Source: Takakia lepidozioides (lineage: Eukaryota > Plantae > Bryophyta). Taken from it: a stretch of 64,000 nucleotides of DNA. This document shows positions 38,680 to 49,700 of this stretch, piece by piece. The notes below the pieces were generated by a model that was not told the DNA's origin, made no database searches, and was given only the letters and a program-made list of their open reading frames with translations. The translations under genes and the position numbers were made by a program. The DNA lies in NCBI GenBank assembly GCA_030704615.1, contig CM060733.1, positions 4,030,001 to 4,094,000 of the forward strand, written 5' to 3'. The first letter of the stretch is position 1. The number at the start of each line of letters is the position of its first letter.

Positions 38680-41100
38680 CTTATCACGACCTTCGACAAA
38701 CACAGGAATGGGTTGGTTGGTGTCAAGAGGGCAAGGTCGGATTCGGCGGCCACTAGAATCAACAGGAGTGGATGCAAGCATACACTTTCTTTTCTTTGTC
38801 ACTGACAGAGGAGCTTCCTCCTCTTCTTGGCCTACCACTTCGGGCATCAGCTCCTGCTCCTTCAAAGGATTCTCCTTATGTGTGATAAGTGCATGTGCCT
38901 CATCTCAAACTTGTCTCTCTGATAAGAATGCTTTGCTTGGACATTCAACAATTGATTCATACCTGCTCTCGGGCTGGGGCCAGGCACACACACATCAGAA
39001 ATGAAGACATAGGATATGCCACCAGCTGTAACCCTTGGCCATAATACATTAAGGGCGTACTCCCTGCAGGATGCCTTTCTGGAGCTATTGTAAGGCTTTG
39101 AACCACAATATATAAAACCAGGTCAAGAGTGCTGAATTGCTTACAACAATCCCAAAAAAAGGAACACATGAGTAAGAGAGAGAGAGGGTAGACCCTGGCT
39201 GAAACAGACAAGCCAGAAAGAGCAGAAAAGACTGCATACCTCTCTATGGGACAACTGCTGATCCATGCTTGGGTCAACTGGGAGAGAGGAACTCTCTGCA
39301 CACAAGGAGGCCATCATTTGCTGGCGACTGAGGGTTTTCCCTTGTAACATCATACGTTCTTGGAAGCTCAAAGTTTCAGCATGCATCTTATCTCCCACTG
39401 TCCTCTCAAGAGGAGACTCTACCACCGTCTCCAATACCTTCCCATTTAGGCTCTCTGTGTGCTCAATATCTGTAAACTTATCTAGTTTCAAAGCCTCTGA
39501 GAGTGCTGCCCCATTTTCTGGTTGTAGTCCCCCTGTTTGCTCTGGATCTATGCTTAAGGTCTGCATAGGAGCCTCAACCTCCTTTCCCAGAGCTGATGAA
39601 TGGTCAGAGTGTATTGCTGCAGCCATCGCTTCTTCTTTGTGGAGCATGGATACCATATCATGTATATCTGATGAATTCTCCACTAATTTTTCTTCGTTTT
39701 CTGCAGATGCAACTTCCTCCATTCTTGTAGCTTTCACTTTTAGGAATGCCTCTTGCACTCTTACACACTGACCATTCATAACTTCTCCATGTTGGCCCCA
39801 GGTCTGCAATACATCCTCTTCGTTGTCTTGCTGCCATGAAACCTTTGCTTTCTCAAAAATATCAGTCAGAGTCCCCATGACGGTAGGGTTGGAGTCTGCT
39901 ACTGTTCCTTCTCTTGGACTGCTGAGTGAACTTTCCTTCATCAAAGGGGCAATTTGATATGTCGATGCTACCGGGGTGCTGGGTAAAAGCTCAGACTGCA
40001 TTGTGTGTATCTCAGGCTGAGTTGCCTTTGTGTCCATTTCACTCGGTGATAGTGCAGGTGTAACTCCCTCTGCTCATGCTGAGACAATCTCAGACTCTTT
40101 GAGGTTCAATAGCAAGCCCTCTCTCTCAGATGCATTTCCCTTCTGTGATTTGGATTGTGAAGGATGTGGCTCTTCGGCAGTTGCAATATAAGCAATGTCG
40201 TCCTCCATCTTATCAAGCAGACATTGTGAATTCCCTGCCTTTTGGAATATTGCTCGCTCCAATATGGGAAAAAGATCTTGCTCTCCCTCAGCAGGTCCAT
40301 CTTCCACGAACATTGTGCACTCAACCCTCATAGCATCACCTTGATGCTCTTCAGTTTTCAAATAGAGGGATCTATCATCCATCCTCTCCACTATAGACTG
40401 TGTCTCCGAATCTAGGACCTCTGCAGAAGCAGTCAGCTGGGGTCTGCCTCCTCTCTCTACCACATTTTCCTCTGTCAAACCTTTGTCCCCTTCAACCTCG
40501 AGCTTCTCTTGTTCAGACACTTCTTCCATACTTACCAGCTCAATAACTTCAGACGTCATTCCCTGCTCATTAACAGCAACCTCCTCTACTTTGTGAATGT
40601 CGTCTTGTTCCTTGACAGTATCTCCCTTTGGCTCCCTCAAAATAGAGTACATTTGTCTAGCAAAGTGAGCATGCTTATTACCATCTAGTATCTCTTTCTT
40701 GGAAATCCTTTCCAGCTCCATGGCTGCAGACTCCCCTTCCTTAGAAATTTTGGCCTTCTTGAAACACCCACCTCAGTACTTTTGGTGTTCTATGTAAGAT
40801 CTATCTGGTCCACCTTAGAAACACATGGGTTGCTCTTCACAGTTGCCTCCTCCTCCATACACTTTAAGCCACCATCTGCAATCCCTCCCACTTCACTTGT
40901 GAGAGGGCAAAACAGGCTGAAATCGGTCAAAGAAGAAGGTGCCCTCACCACATTGTCCTTGAGCTTGTGTCATGACTTGACCGACCATCAACCCAAAAAG
41001 ACCTCTTGTGTGTGCTACTTGTGTCTGTAGTCAGGTAATGTCGGATTGGTCTGTGAGATCGAACCACCACGGTGCAGATGAGTAGGCAGAGATTGAAACA
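38680..41100 (-). pseudogene. Decayed host-gene fragment: long acidic region ending in an Enhancer-of-polycomb-like (EPL1 N-terminal) motif
   Basis: Acidic ORFs 40074-40721 and 39141-40037, intron ~38963-39238, last exon RRIRPCPLDTNQPIPVF similar to the EPL1 RPRPLD...LP motif. Internal stops are present. Confidence 0.45.
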
Positions 41101-41204
41101 CGGCCTGCTAAGACCAAGCTAACTCTCCCAAGAACGGCGAGCTCGCAAGAATGTTGCGAGCTTCTCCTCGTCTCATCTCCTCCTCCTCTCCTCCTTCCTG
41201 AATC

Positions 41205-42060
41205 ATTTGCTCAACACCTCCATCCCACGCCTCTGCATATCCTGCGATCATCGCGTTCCATCCCTCGGCTACATGGTGTGGCGCAGGAGACAAAAAAAAC
41301 GCCAAGTCCCAGCCCTCCTTTGTGTTCACGATTACCCTAATGGGCAACCTTATTAGCAACTTTTTAACTTTTTTAATCCTAATGGGCAACTTATTAGCAA
41401 CTTTTTGACTTTTTAACCTTTTGCACTTTAATTCATTCTAGGTCAAATGCTAAAATCCTGCTACCAGACTTGTCTAGAAAACCAAAACACCACGTAAACA
41501 AACATTTGATAGTGGTAGTTAAATATATTACCATTGGGCTGGTTTGAACACTTGCTAGTAAAAACTTTCACTTTGAGTTATTGAAATTGAAATATACATT
41601 ATAAATTATATTTTCATAATTACAGCTGTCAATGTTTGACTTAGGGATGGTAGAATAAAGGACTCCGTAATGAAACTTTTGATAGTTGTAGTGAATTGTT
41701 CTATTAATATCAGCACATTTCACTACGTGGTGCTAGAAATAGTGAAAAGTGGCAAATAGTGAAATTCATAGTAAAATACCGACGGTGCTGAGTGTTGTAG
41801 TGCCTCGTTGTGTCTATCCTTGCCCCTTCCTGCATGCTCAAGAATAGGTCTGCAAAGCCTCCATCCCACGCCCCTGCACATCCTGCGATCGTTGCGTTCC
41901 ATGCTCTAGGCTTGTGGATACTAAGAAAACATATGGTGTGGCGGGAGACAAAAAAACCCAAAAGGAGGCCAAGTCCTAGCCCTCTGTTCACGGCTGGCAC
42001 CCTAATGGGCAACCCTATAAGCAATTTTTTGAATTTTTTTAACCTTTTGCACTTTGATCA
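41205..42060 (-). repeat. Two copies of a ~220-bp unit carrying a PPR motif fragment (41205-41440 and 41855-42060)
   Basis: WNAMIAGYAEAWDGG vs WNATIAGCAGAWDGG; shared CCCTAATGGGCAACC...TTTTAACCTTTTGCACTTT. Confidence 0.65.
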
Positions 42061-42099
42061 TTGATGAATGAACTTATCCAATGGATGAATACATTCGTG

Positions 42100-42419
42100 T
42101 ATGTGCCTTCAAAATGACACGTGTAGTGATGCAATCGTATAATTAGAGCTCTGAAACCATATTCAGTCATGAAGTCATACGATTCTAGGAAAATTCATCC
42201 ACGTGTAGTCCTCCATATGACGCGAGTCATATAAACCATCCCTGTCATCATGGTCAACAATGTTTGACCAATGCTCCCTACCATTCCAGAGTCATATAGT
42301 GATATCCATTACTACAGAGTGATAAAACTATGACTGCAGCGTTCTGTAGTCGTGTACCTAATGCCGTTTTTATGACTCCGCAAAGGCCGTAGTCCTAAAA
42401 ATGCTCATCTCTTGTAGTG
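42100..42419. mobile_element. CACTA-type element terminus
   Basis: Ends ...CTCTTGTAGTG (reverse complement CACTACAAGAG), preceded by multiple AGTCAT/ATGACT/GTAGTC subterminal motifs. Confidence 0.55.
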
Positions 42420-42429
42420 TTTCTTCGTG

Positions 42430-42760
42430 AAATTGCTTCGTCCAGTGACGGGAGATCTCCCGTCGATCCTTTGTCGAGAGATCTCCCGTCGTTCGTTTAG
42501 CGGGATACATCCGGCGGTAAATTAAGTTCAATCAGGACACTAGTGATACCCAGGTGATTAACCACACATTCATTACGGGGATTTCAAGAGTGCCTGAACA
42601 GACTTACCTTGTAAACCACAAGACTTTATGCAACACTGGCAATGTTGGATAAGATCTTGTAGTTAACTTGGTAAGTATGGCCAGACAGAAAACTTGAAGT
42701 ATTTCCCAGATTGTGAGAGGATATTTTTTCGTCCTCGTAATTGTAAAAGTGAAACAAGCA
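42430..42760. repeat. ~300-bp repeat unit of the transposon family, containing the GACGGGAGATCTCCCGTC palindrome
   Basis: Direct similarity to 53580-53900; perfect 18-bp palindrome at 42447-42464. Confidence 0.75.
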
Positions 42761-42879
42761 CAATGTTGGATGCTGCAATTGTAGGCCTCAACGCTCGTCT
42801 TGATTCTATTTAGGCAAGATTCCCTGCATTAATTCCACGGTCATAGGACCATCCACGGTTATAGGCGGCGCATGTTAAT

Positions 42880-43049
42880 GCTAACGTGGCAGATGACGGA
42901 CAGTGCCACGTCATCATTTACCGCCACATCAACATGCTGACATGACGCTCACGCCACGTCAGCGTGTGTGCAGGCTCACGCCACGTCAGCTGGCGTGAGC
43001 GTATGCTCGCGCGCTCACGCGCAACGCTCACGCCATTGCGTCGTTGCTC
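42880..43049. mobile_element. Element terminus (right end of an upstream copy), rich in GCCACGTCA / GCTCACGC motifs
   Basis: Reverse complement of the end, GAGCAACGACGCAATGGCGTGAGC, aligns without gaps to the start of copy B, GAGCAGGGATGCCTCGGCGTGAGC (55843). Confidence 0.6.
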
Positions 43050-43056
43050 ACGTGGG

Positions 43057-43560
43057 TATCAGTAGTGTTTTTGAAACAGTAGTCTAGCGCGAGGTTCATC
43101 TCAAATGATTGTTCAAATGAATGGTCAAAAGGTCGTTCACTGGATTTCTGCCAAAAACACTTTCAACCCATCATCATTCTTAGCAGTGACAATTCAGCTT
43201 GTGCATGGCCATACTTACATGAAAGCCACATTACATCGCCAGTCTATAATATAAAGACTTGTGTCGCCCTCTGTAAGTATTTGGCTGCACTCCAAATGTC
43301 CCGTCATGAATGTTATGGATCACTTGGGTATCAGTAGCGTGTCGTGCCAGCCAAGTCCTACTCGAGGTTCATCTTGAAATACTTGAATGGTCAATGGACC
43401 GGTAGGGAGAAGGTTTCAATGATCCAAATTCTACGAACTGGATATAGAGAAAGGCACAGATGAACCTGGAAAAAGAAAGAAGGGAGGTCTCCCGTAGAAG
43501 GAGGTCGAAAAATCGCTTGGAAAATATGGTGACTTCATACGCACACTTTCAAACCATCAT
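43057..43560. repeat. Two inverted copies of the ~230-380 bp repeat unit
   Basis: Reverse complement of 43240-43337 matches 54346-54450 (CTACTGATACCCA...CAGAGGG..ACACAAGTCTTTAT). Confidence 0.75.
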
Positions 43561-43569
43561 CTAAAGCAA

Positions 43570-45906
43570 TATGAGACGCAACATCAACTCCCATTTGTCC
43601 GGACCCTTGCCACCAACCCCACCTCGTAAGAAATCACGGTATCGGGTTTGTTGTTGCAAGGCACGTATCAAATCATCTATTGTTGCCACATACAAATCCC
43701 GACCTCGTTTCCCAGACTGCTGCAACCATGCGTTGTGCACAGTTTCTGCCAAATTGCAAGATGGCGTGTCCGCCATTTCCTCAATGGACATGTTCTGCAA
43801 AGTGCAGAACCACACTTCAAAACAGTGAACAGAAAACAACATAAAGAAAGCGAGGACACAATAAAATGGAAAGCAAATGTATGAATAAAGCAATAAATAT
43901 AAGCCTCGTACAAATGGCATGGCTGCTCCCCACTGTCTATACCAGAAGTGCCAAAATGCCAGCCAATCTTCCAATGCTCTCATACTCTCAAGTGATTCAG
44001 CTCCAGAAGAGAACCACCAGGCACGAATTGTCTGAAACAAAGTGTCCGCCTCCTTCATTGTTTTAGCATCTTTGTACTCTTTGCACAATTTACGGTGCCG
44101 AGTCTGCATCTCTGGTTTGATGTCCGACTTTGTATGTTTTTCCAGAGATTGTGTCCAATGGAATAGACATGTACGCTCTCCTCCTGGCATAGGCACTTTT
44201 GGGTCGCCCGATCCGAAGACAATACAAACAACATTGAAATTTGCTTGAGCACTATCCGCCATGAAACCTGCGAAATTTGGAGATGGCAGCCCATGACACG
44301 TATCAGGGAATTCCACATGAGCTTCTGGGATTTCGTATCCTCGGATTGCATGTCACAAACTGCAATTGTCATAACTCGTTGGTACACTAGATCGTAGACA
44401 TGACAAGCCATTGTCGTCTAATCCTTCACTCGTTTCACATGATCAAACATAAGAAAAAGTTCTGCAAGTCCCCAGTCTTCTGCATCCGCTTCACGAGCCT
44501 AACCCCACTGCCCTCCCCAACAGTCGACATTTTGAAAAGAAAAACTTTGATGGCACCTTGACCTGGGAATACATTGTCCTGGATGTAATCGTACTTGCTC
44601 ACTCGTTTCAATTCCAAAATGTTGTCTATGTAGCCTCTGATCCCAGAGCCCATTCTCAATGCATGATCTGATGCCGAATGTTAGGTGAACTTAAAGTGGG
44701 AGAAATGATCCATGACCAGGTCCAATGCTTGCACCGTCAAGTTAGTCCCCACAGAATCCCCTTCACTCAAAATATAGCTTTCCAAGAAGGACTTGCTTGC
44801 GCCAAGAGCAATTGCAGATGTTGTTGCGGATGGGTTTCTCCCGAACTCCGTTTAATTAACCTCGATACTGTCTCAACACTCTCCCTGTAATCCCCCTTCG
44901 AGACAGGATGGTTATGGAATCCGAAATGCACACAAGCTATTGTCATTGTTTTCAAATGGTGGACAACATAGTACATTCTTGCTCCGCAGAGCGCCAAGCA
45001 GGATGGCACAAGTTTGCAGAATTTGCAGACGAAAGTGTTTGCGGTGGAGGGGCAGTCCCAGGCTGAAATGGATTTTCCGCCAGACCCTCCCATTCGCTTT
45101 GATTATGAACCCCAGACTGAAGAAAGTGTCTGCAATTCAAATTATCACACCTAAGGTGTCCATTGCAAACTGTCCTCCTGAAAACAAGCTTGTCATCATT
45201 CTGAATATTGGATGTTTTTGTCTGCACCACGGGGGTGTCGTCGTGTTTCTTGTCCATTCCATGCATCATGATTGTTACACCTCCAACTCGCGGAGGAGGA
45301 GGCAGCTCGAATAGGATATCGCCATCAAAAGTCTCCGGGCAAGAACTTACAGGCACCTGCTTCAAAGATTCCCAATCAATTCCCGCAACTCACTTTTGAA
45401 TCCAACCATTCCTCCCATCGCCCGCAATTTTGGAATGACACTACAAATCTCTTCTTCATCAGCTTCCAACCACAGTAGGAAGGACTGGATTTGGAATTTC
45501 ACTTATGTCATCATCGGAAGAATCCGAAAACTCAACGATTGGAGTGGAGGACGTCTGTTCTTTTTTCACTACCACCTCCCTCTTGTCTTCAACGACCGAA
45601 AGCAGCAGTCCCGGGCGTCACATATGACCCAAGGGACTTTCGCCGAGGCTCTAAGTACTCTGTATTGACCAGGACGCACTCTCCACTGGCTGATATGAGC
45701 CGTCTCATCACGGTTTTGGAAGAGTATTTCAACAACTTCCCTTTAAGAGCGTACACCTCTTTCTCCAAAAAGATGGAGCCATTCTGCAGCTGAAAACGGG
45801 TAGCCAAGACATGTTCCAGAACAATTGCAAATCCATTGTCAAGGACTTCCTGGGAGAACGGCACTGGTTTGTCGTCAGAGAAGAACTCCGCTTCAGAGGA
45901 AGCCAT
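43570..45906 (-). pseudogene. Mutator-like (MULE) DDE transposase with Cys/His-rich (GCM-like) N-terminal domain, frameshifted and 3'-truncated
   Basis: CNGHLRCDNLNC...CKFCKLVPSCLALC...CVHFGFHNHP; FDHVKRV (D1); FMADSAQAN (D2); CLFH (CxxH); NLAETVH (E). GT-AG intron 43795-43911. Confidence 0.75.
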
Positions 45907-46758
45907 CTTCCTTCCTCGCGTACGTTTATACCTTGCTATCGTAGATATAGTGTAAATCGGTTTACTGATGTCTCCAGAACACAGTTGAAGAATGAGCAGA
46001 GAATATGGCGAAGGAAGCTCAGACAACGACTGTGCATATTATGTTATTCTTTCCAGATATGCAACCGTCCATTTTAATTACTTTCTTGTGGGCCCAGTGG
46101 TCAGAGTATCCCTAGGAGCAGTGTCGGCAGCTGTTAAACGTTAATCAGAACCTCATCAATAAAACCAATAATAAAGCCGACTTCCTGGAAGCATGCCACA
46201 GGATCTGAGGATGGGATTGCAGATTAAGTAAATGTATCTTTATACTACTACCAATGATCATGCGCACCTGGAAAGTTCCAATGTGAAACGAATGTGGGGT
46301 TTGGCTAACAAGGATGACCGTGTATGATATTCCAAATTTGTCATCAAACTCTCGTTCATTTACATTTATTTGTGTAAGACTGTGCGCCAAGATTTCTGGG
46401 ATTCGCTGTTATTTTTAAATATTGAAACCGTTCTAATAAAGAACACGCCGTTTATTTTGGGCGACACACGTCAGACATCCATAACTGAATACGAACAGCT
46501 GTACACCAATTGCTGGCATGTGCACTAATAAGGGAACGACTATGTGTAACGGTCACGCGAGAGGGAATCCGATGCTTCTAGAGACAAGCAACAACGCAGG
46601 CAATCCCGCAAGAAATCGGGAGTCACTGCGTTTTTCTACTTTTCGCGCTTAGAGAGAGAGTGGTAGTCAAGCTGGAGAGGGTTCCTTCTACAATACGAAA
46701 GAGAAGAAAGTCTCTTTATTTTACTTCCCTTAGAGAGAGACGCAGAGCAAGAGAGCAA

Positions 46759-49700
46759 ATGACGAGGCGTCGTTTGTTGGAGAACACAGGGCCAAGGCAG
46801 CAGGTGAACGCGGAGACTGATTCACAAGAGCAGACGGAGACTGAGGCAGCGGCTGTGACACAGTCGGCGATAAGAGTGCGCCAGCCTGTGGATGCAGAGA
46901 TGATTCGCAGGGACACTGAAGGAGGTGGAAGCACGCGGAACGCCGAACCAGGAGAAGGTCCAGAAACCCTAGAGCAGACAGAAATTCCAGCAGATGTGAG
47001 AGGGAAGAGGAAAGCTGCAGAAGGGGATCCAATTTCAAAACCTAAGAAGGCGCCAGTAAGTTTTCTCTAACTTACATTTCATTGTTGAAGATCTGCGTAG
47101 AGATTGAGTGGAATGTCCCAGACAGGGATTGTCGCTACCGACCATCACACAACGGTGATTTGCTTTCTACTCCTCTGCTAAGGGTTTACCGCACAATGAG
47201 TGGGTGACTATCGGTACCGTCATTCACTGTTGTTCAGATCATACAGTCTGTCTGATTGCCTTTCAAGGAGTCCTTCCTCTTCCCTTCTTTAGCAGGAACT
47301 ACTGAATTGCGAGTGTCGTTAACGCCATTCGATTCTCCTCATGAGATTTATGTACCTATGTGTTTGAAGAGAGAGTGAGGGTCGGTATACCGTCAATCAT
47401 CGTTGTTCAGATCATACAGTCTGTCTGATTGTCATTCAAGCAGTCCTTCCTCTTCCCATGCTGCCGACGGTAATCACAATGGAGTCAATCTGAATAATCT
47501 GCACTTACTGTCCGCCCTAAACTATACTGAATGTCGTTGCCGCCAATCACTTACACATAGATGTCATTACACAACACCGATCCGGCAGGTCCTTATCTTT
47601 TGTGATTGTCGTTAACGCCGTTCGCTATCGCTCTCGCTTTTGTTTTGAATACGGCATGATCAGCTTTGCTTGTGTAGATTGTGCTGAATTGTTTCACACC
47701 ATTCATAGTGAGTTTCTTTGAGACAGAGTGATGGTCGTTACCGCCGTTCAATATTTGCAAATTACTCAGTCAGAATTGAATGGCATCGTGCAGAAAACTG
47801 TGAGGTCGAAGCCTACAGGATCAGAGGGGAAAGGATCTGGAGATGGGGACAAGTCCGGAAAAAGCTCAGAGAATATAGATGAAGCAGATGAATCTGAAGT
47901 GCACTACCTTGACAAGGTGAAAGAACTCATGTCATTCCAAAAGGTAAACTCTCAGGAGGTTATAAGGGACATGCTCGTATCTGGAGGGCGTCTGGACATC
48001 CCTCTGTGCCGGATGATATCAATGCCTGTTGTGCGTCCACCTCTTTCCCATGACATAACAAAATTGGAGAGTGATTTTGTGCATGGATATAGACTTGGTG
48101 CACAAGTTTTTTATGTGTCACTGACGGATATAAATGGGAAAAGCACATTAGTGTCTCCAGAGATCAGTGATAACTGGGATGAGTGCTGGAAAGATGCCAA
48201 TGAGGAGTTCGAGCTGGGCCTCATGATGGGAAAGAACACCCAGCAATTCTGCAACCACATGTTCTACGTCTGGGACGACAACCACCGATTGCTGGCATGG
48301 ATGGGATACATTCAGAAACACCATGCGAAAGACAAAGACAAGCATGTTGTTGTGGAGGCAATGGTTTTGGATCCTGGAAACAACATCGCTAGGCTTCTTA
48401 CAGCTATGCACGACGTGAACAAGTAAGTCATCCAGGAGATTTCATTCCCTCTGTAGTGTCTTATTAATCCCCAAAAAACAGTGTTAAGGAATGCAATGTT
48501 TCCAATGTTTTTGCAGATCGACAGAGAAATTGCATGTGACAACAAGCTTGGTCCACACACTATTCCAATTCAGAGGATTGGTCTGATGAAGCTGGATGAT
48601 TTTCGGACAGTACTCCCACCCAATATCATCAAGAAGTGCGAAACAGGAAGAGCTGCAGGCACTTGGTATTCTTTGACACGAGAGGCGTTTCTGGAGTACA
48701 TGTATGCGGTAAGCCCGAGTCTGTACTCAGTTTACTTTTCGAATACATGTTTGTAGTCCCTTCGGTGCTAATCACTACTTGAATCAATGCAGCAAGAACT
48801 GGCAGAGGCAGCTGAGAAGGGAAAATCCGAATATTACCGCACTACACCAGAAGAAGTAAAGAAGGAGTTTGAAATGCGAAGAACCAAATTGATGTCCGCC
48901 TTCGGAAAGCAGCTTAGAATAGTAGATCCTGGACTTGGTTCTGAGTTCCTTCAGCAGATCAAAACACACTATGACAAGCATGTGCATCCGGAGATGCAGC
49001 AGGAGAAATTGCACCGGCTGGCCATATCGATGGTCGACCCACAAACAAAAATAAGGTGGCTGGAGATATGGAACTCAGATCAAACAGTAAAGGACTTGAA
49101 TCAGTTCCCAAAGAGCACCATACAGCCTGGCACAAAGGTGGAAGGAATCAGTGATTTGGTGTTTGATAACTGGCTCCACAAGGCTACATTTTGGAGTCAG
49201 GTGTGTATTCAAACATGCCGTTTTCTTCTCTTCAAGTATGTGATGAGTATCTTATTTGCAATTCTGACAAATATACAATTTGCAGCTCGAAAAGCGCGCC
49301 GTCATTGTGCTGGATCAGACTTTGAAGGACCTGAACATTTCGATTGTTTCCCCTCCCAAATGTCATTGGAGGCATACATAAGGAAGTGGAGAGGTCTCAC
49401 CTGGAGATACTGTTTTTTCCGGGAGTTTCTCCAAAGATGGTAACATTTTACGGTCCAACGACTTTGACAGTCAGGTTGGAGGAGAGTGGCCATGATGCGA
49501 GTTGTGTACAGGTGCAATGTCATACTTGAAACTCTACTGCTTTTTTTGGGAAAAAATGTGGCTTCATAAGGATTGCAATCATAGATCCAGATTGAATGTC
49601 GTTGACGACATTCACTTCTTTGTCTGAGTCATTCTTAAGCGAGTATATGAATTCACCTGGTTAGGATCTAAGGGTGTAATTATAGTGTCCTGATTAGAAT

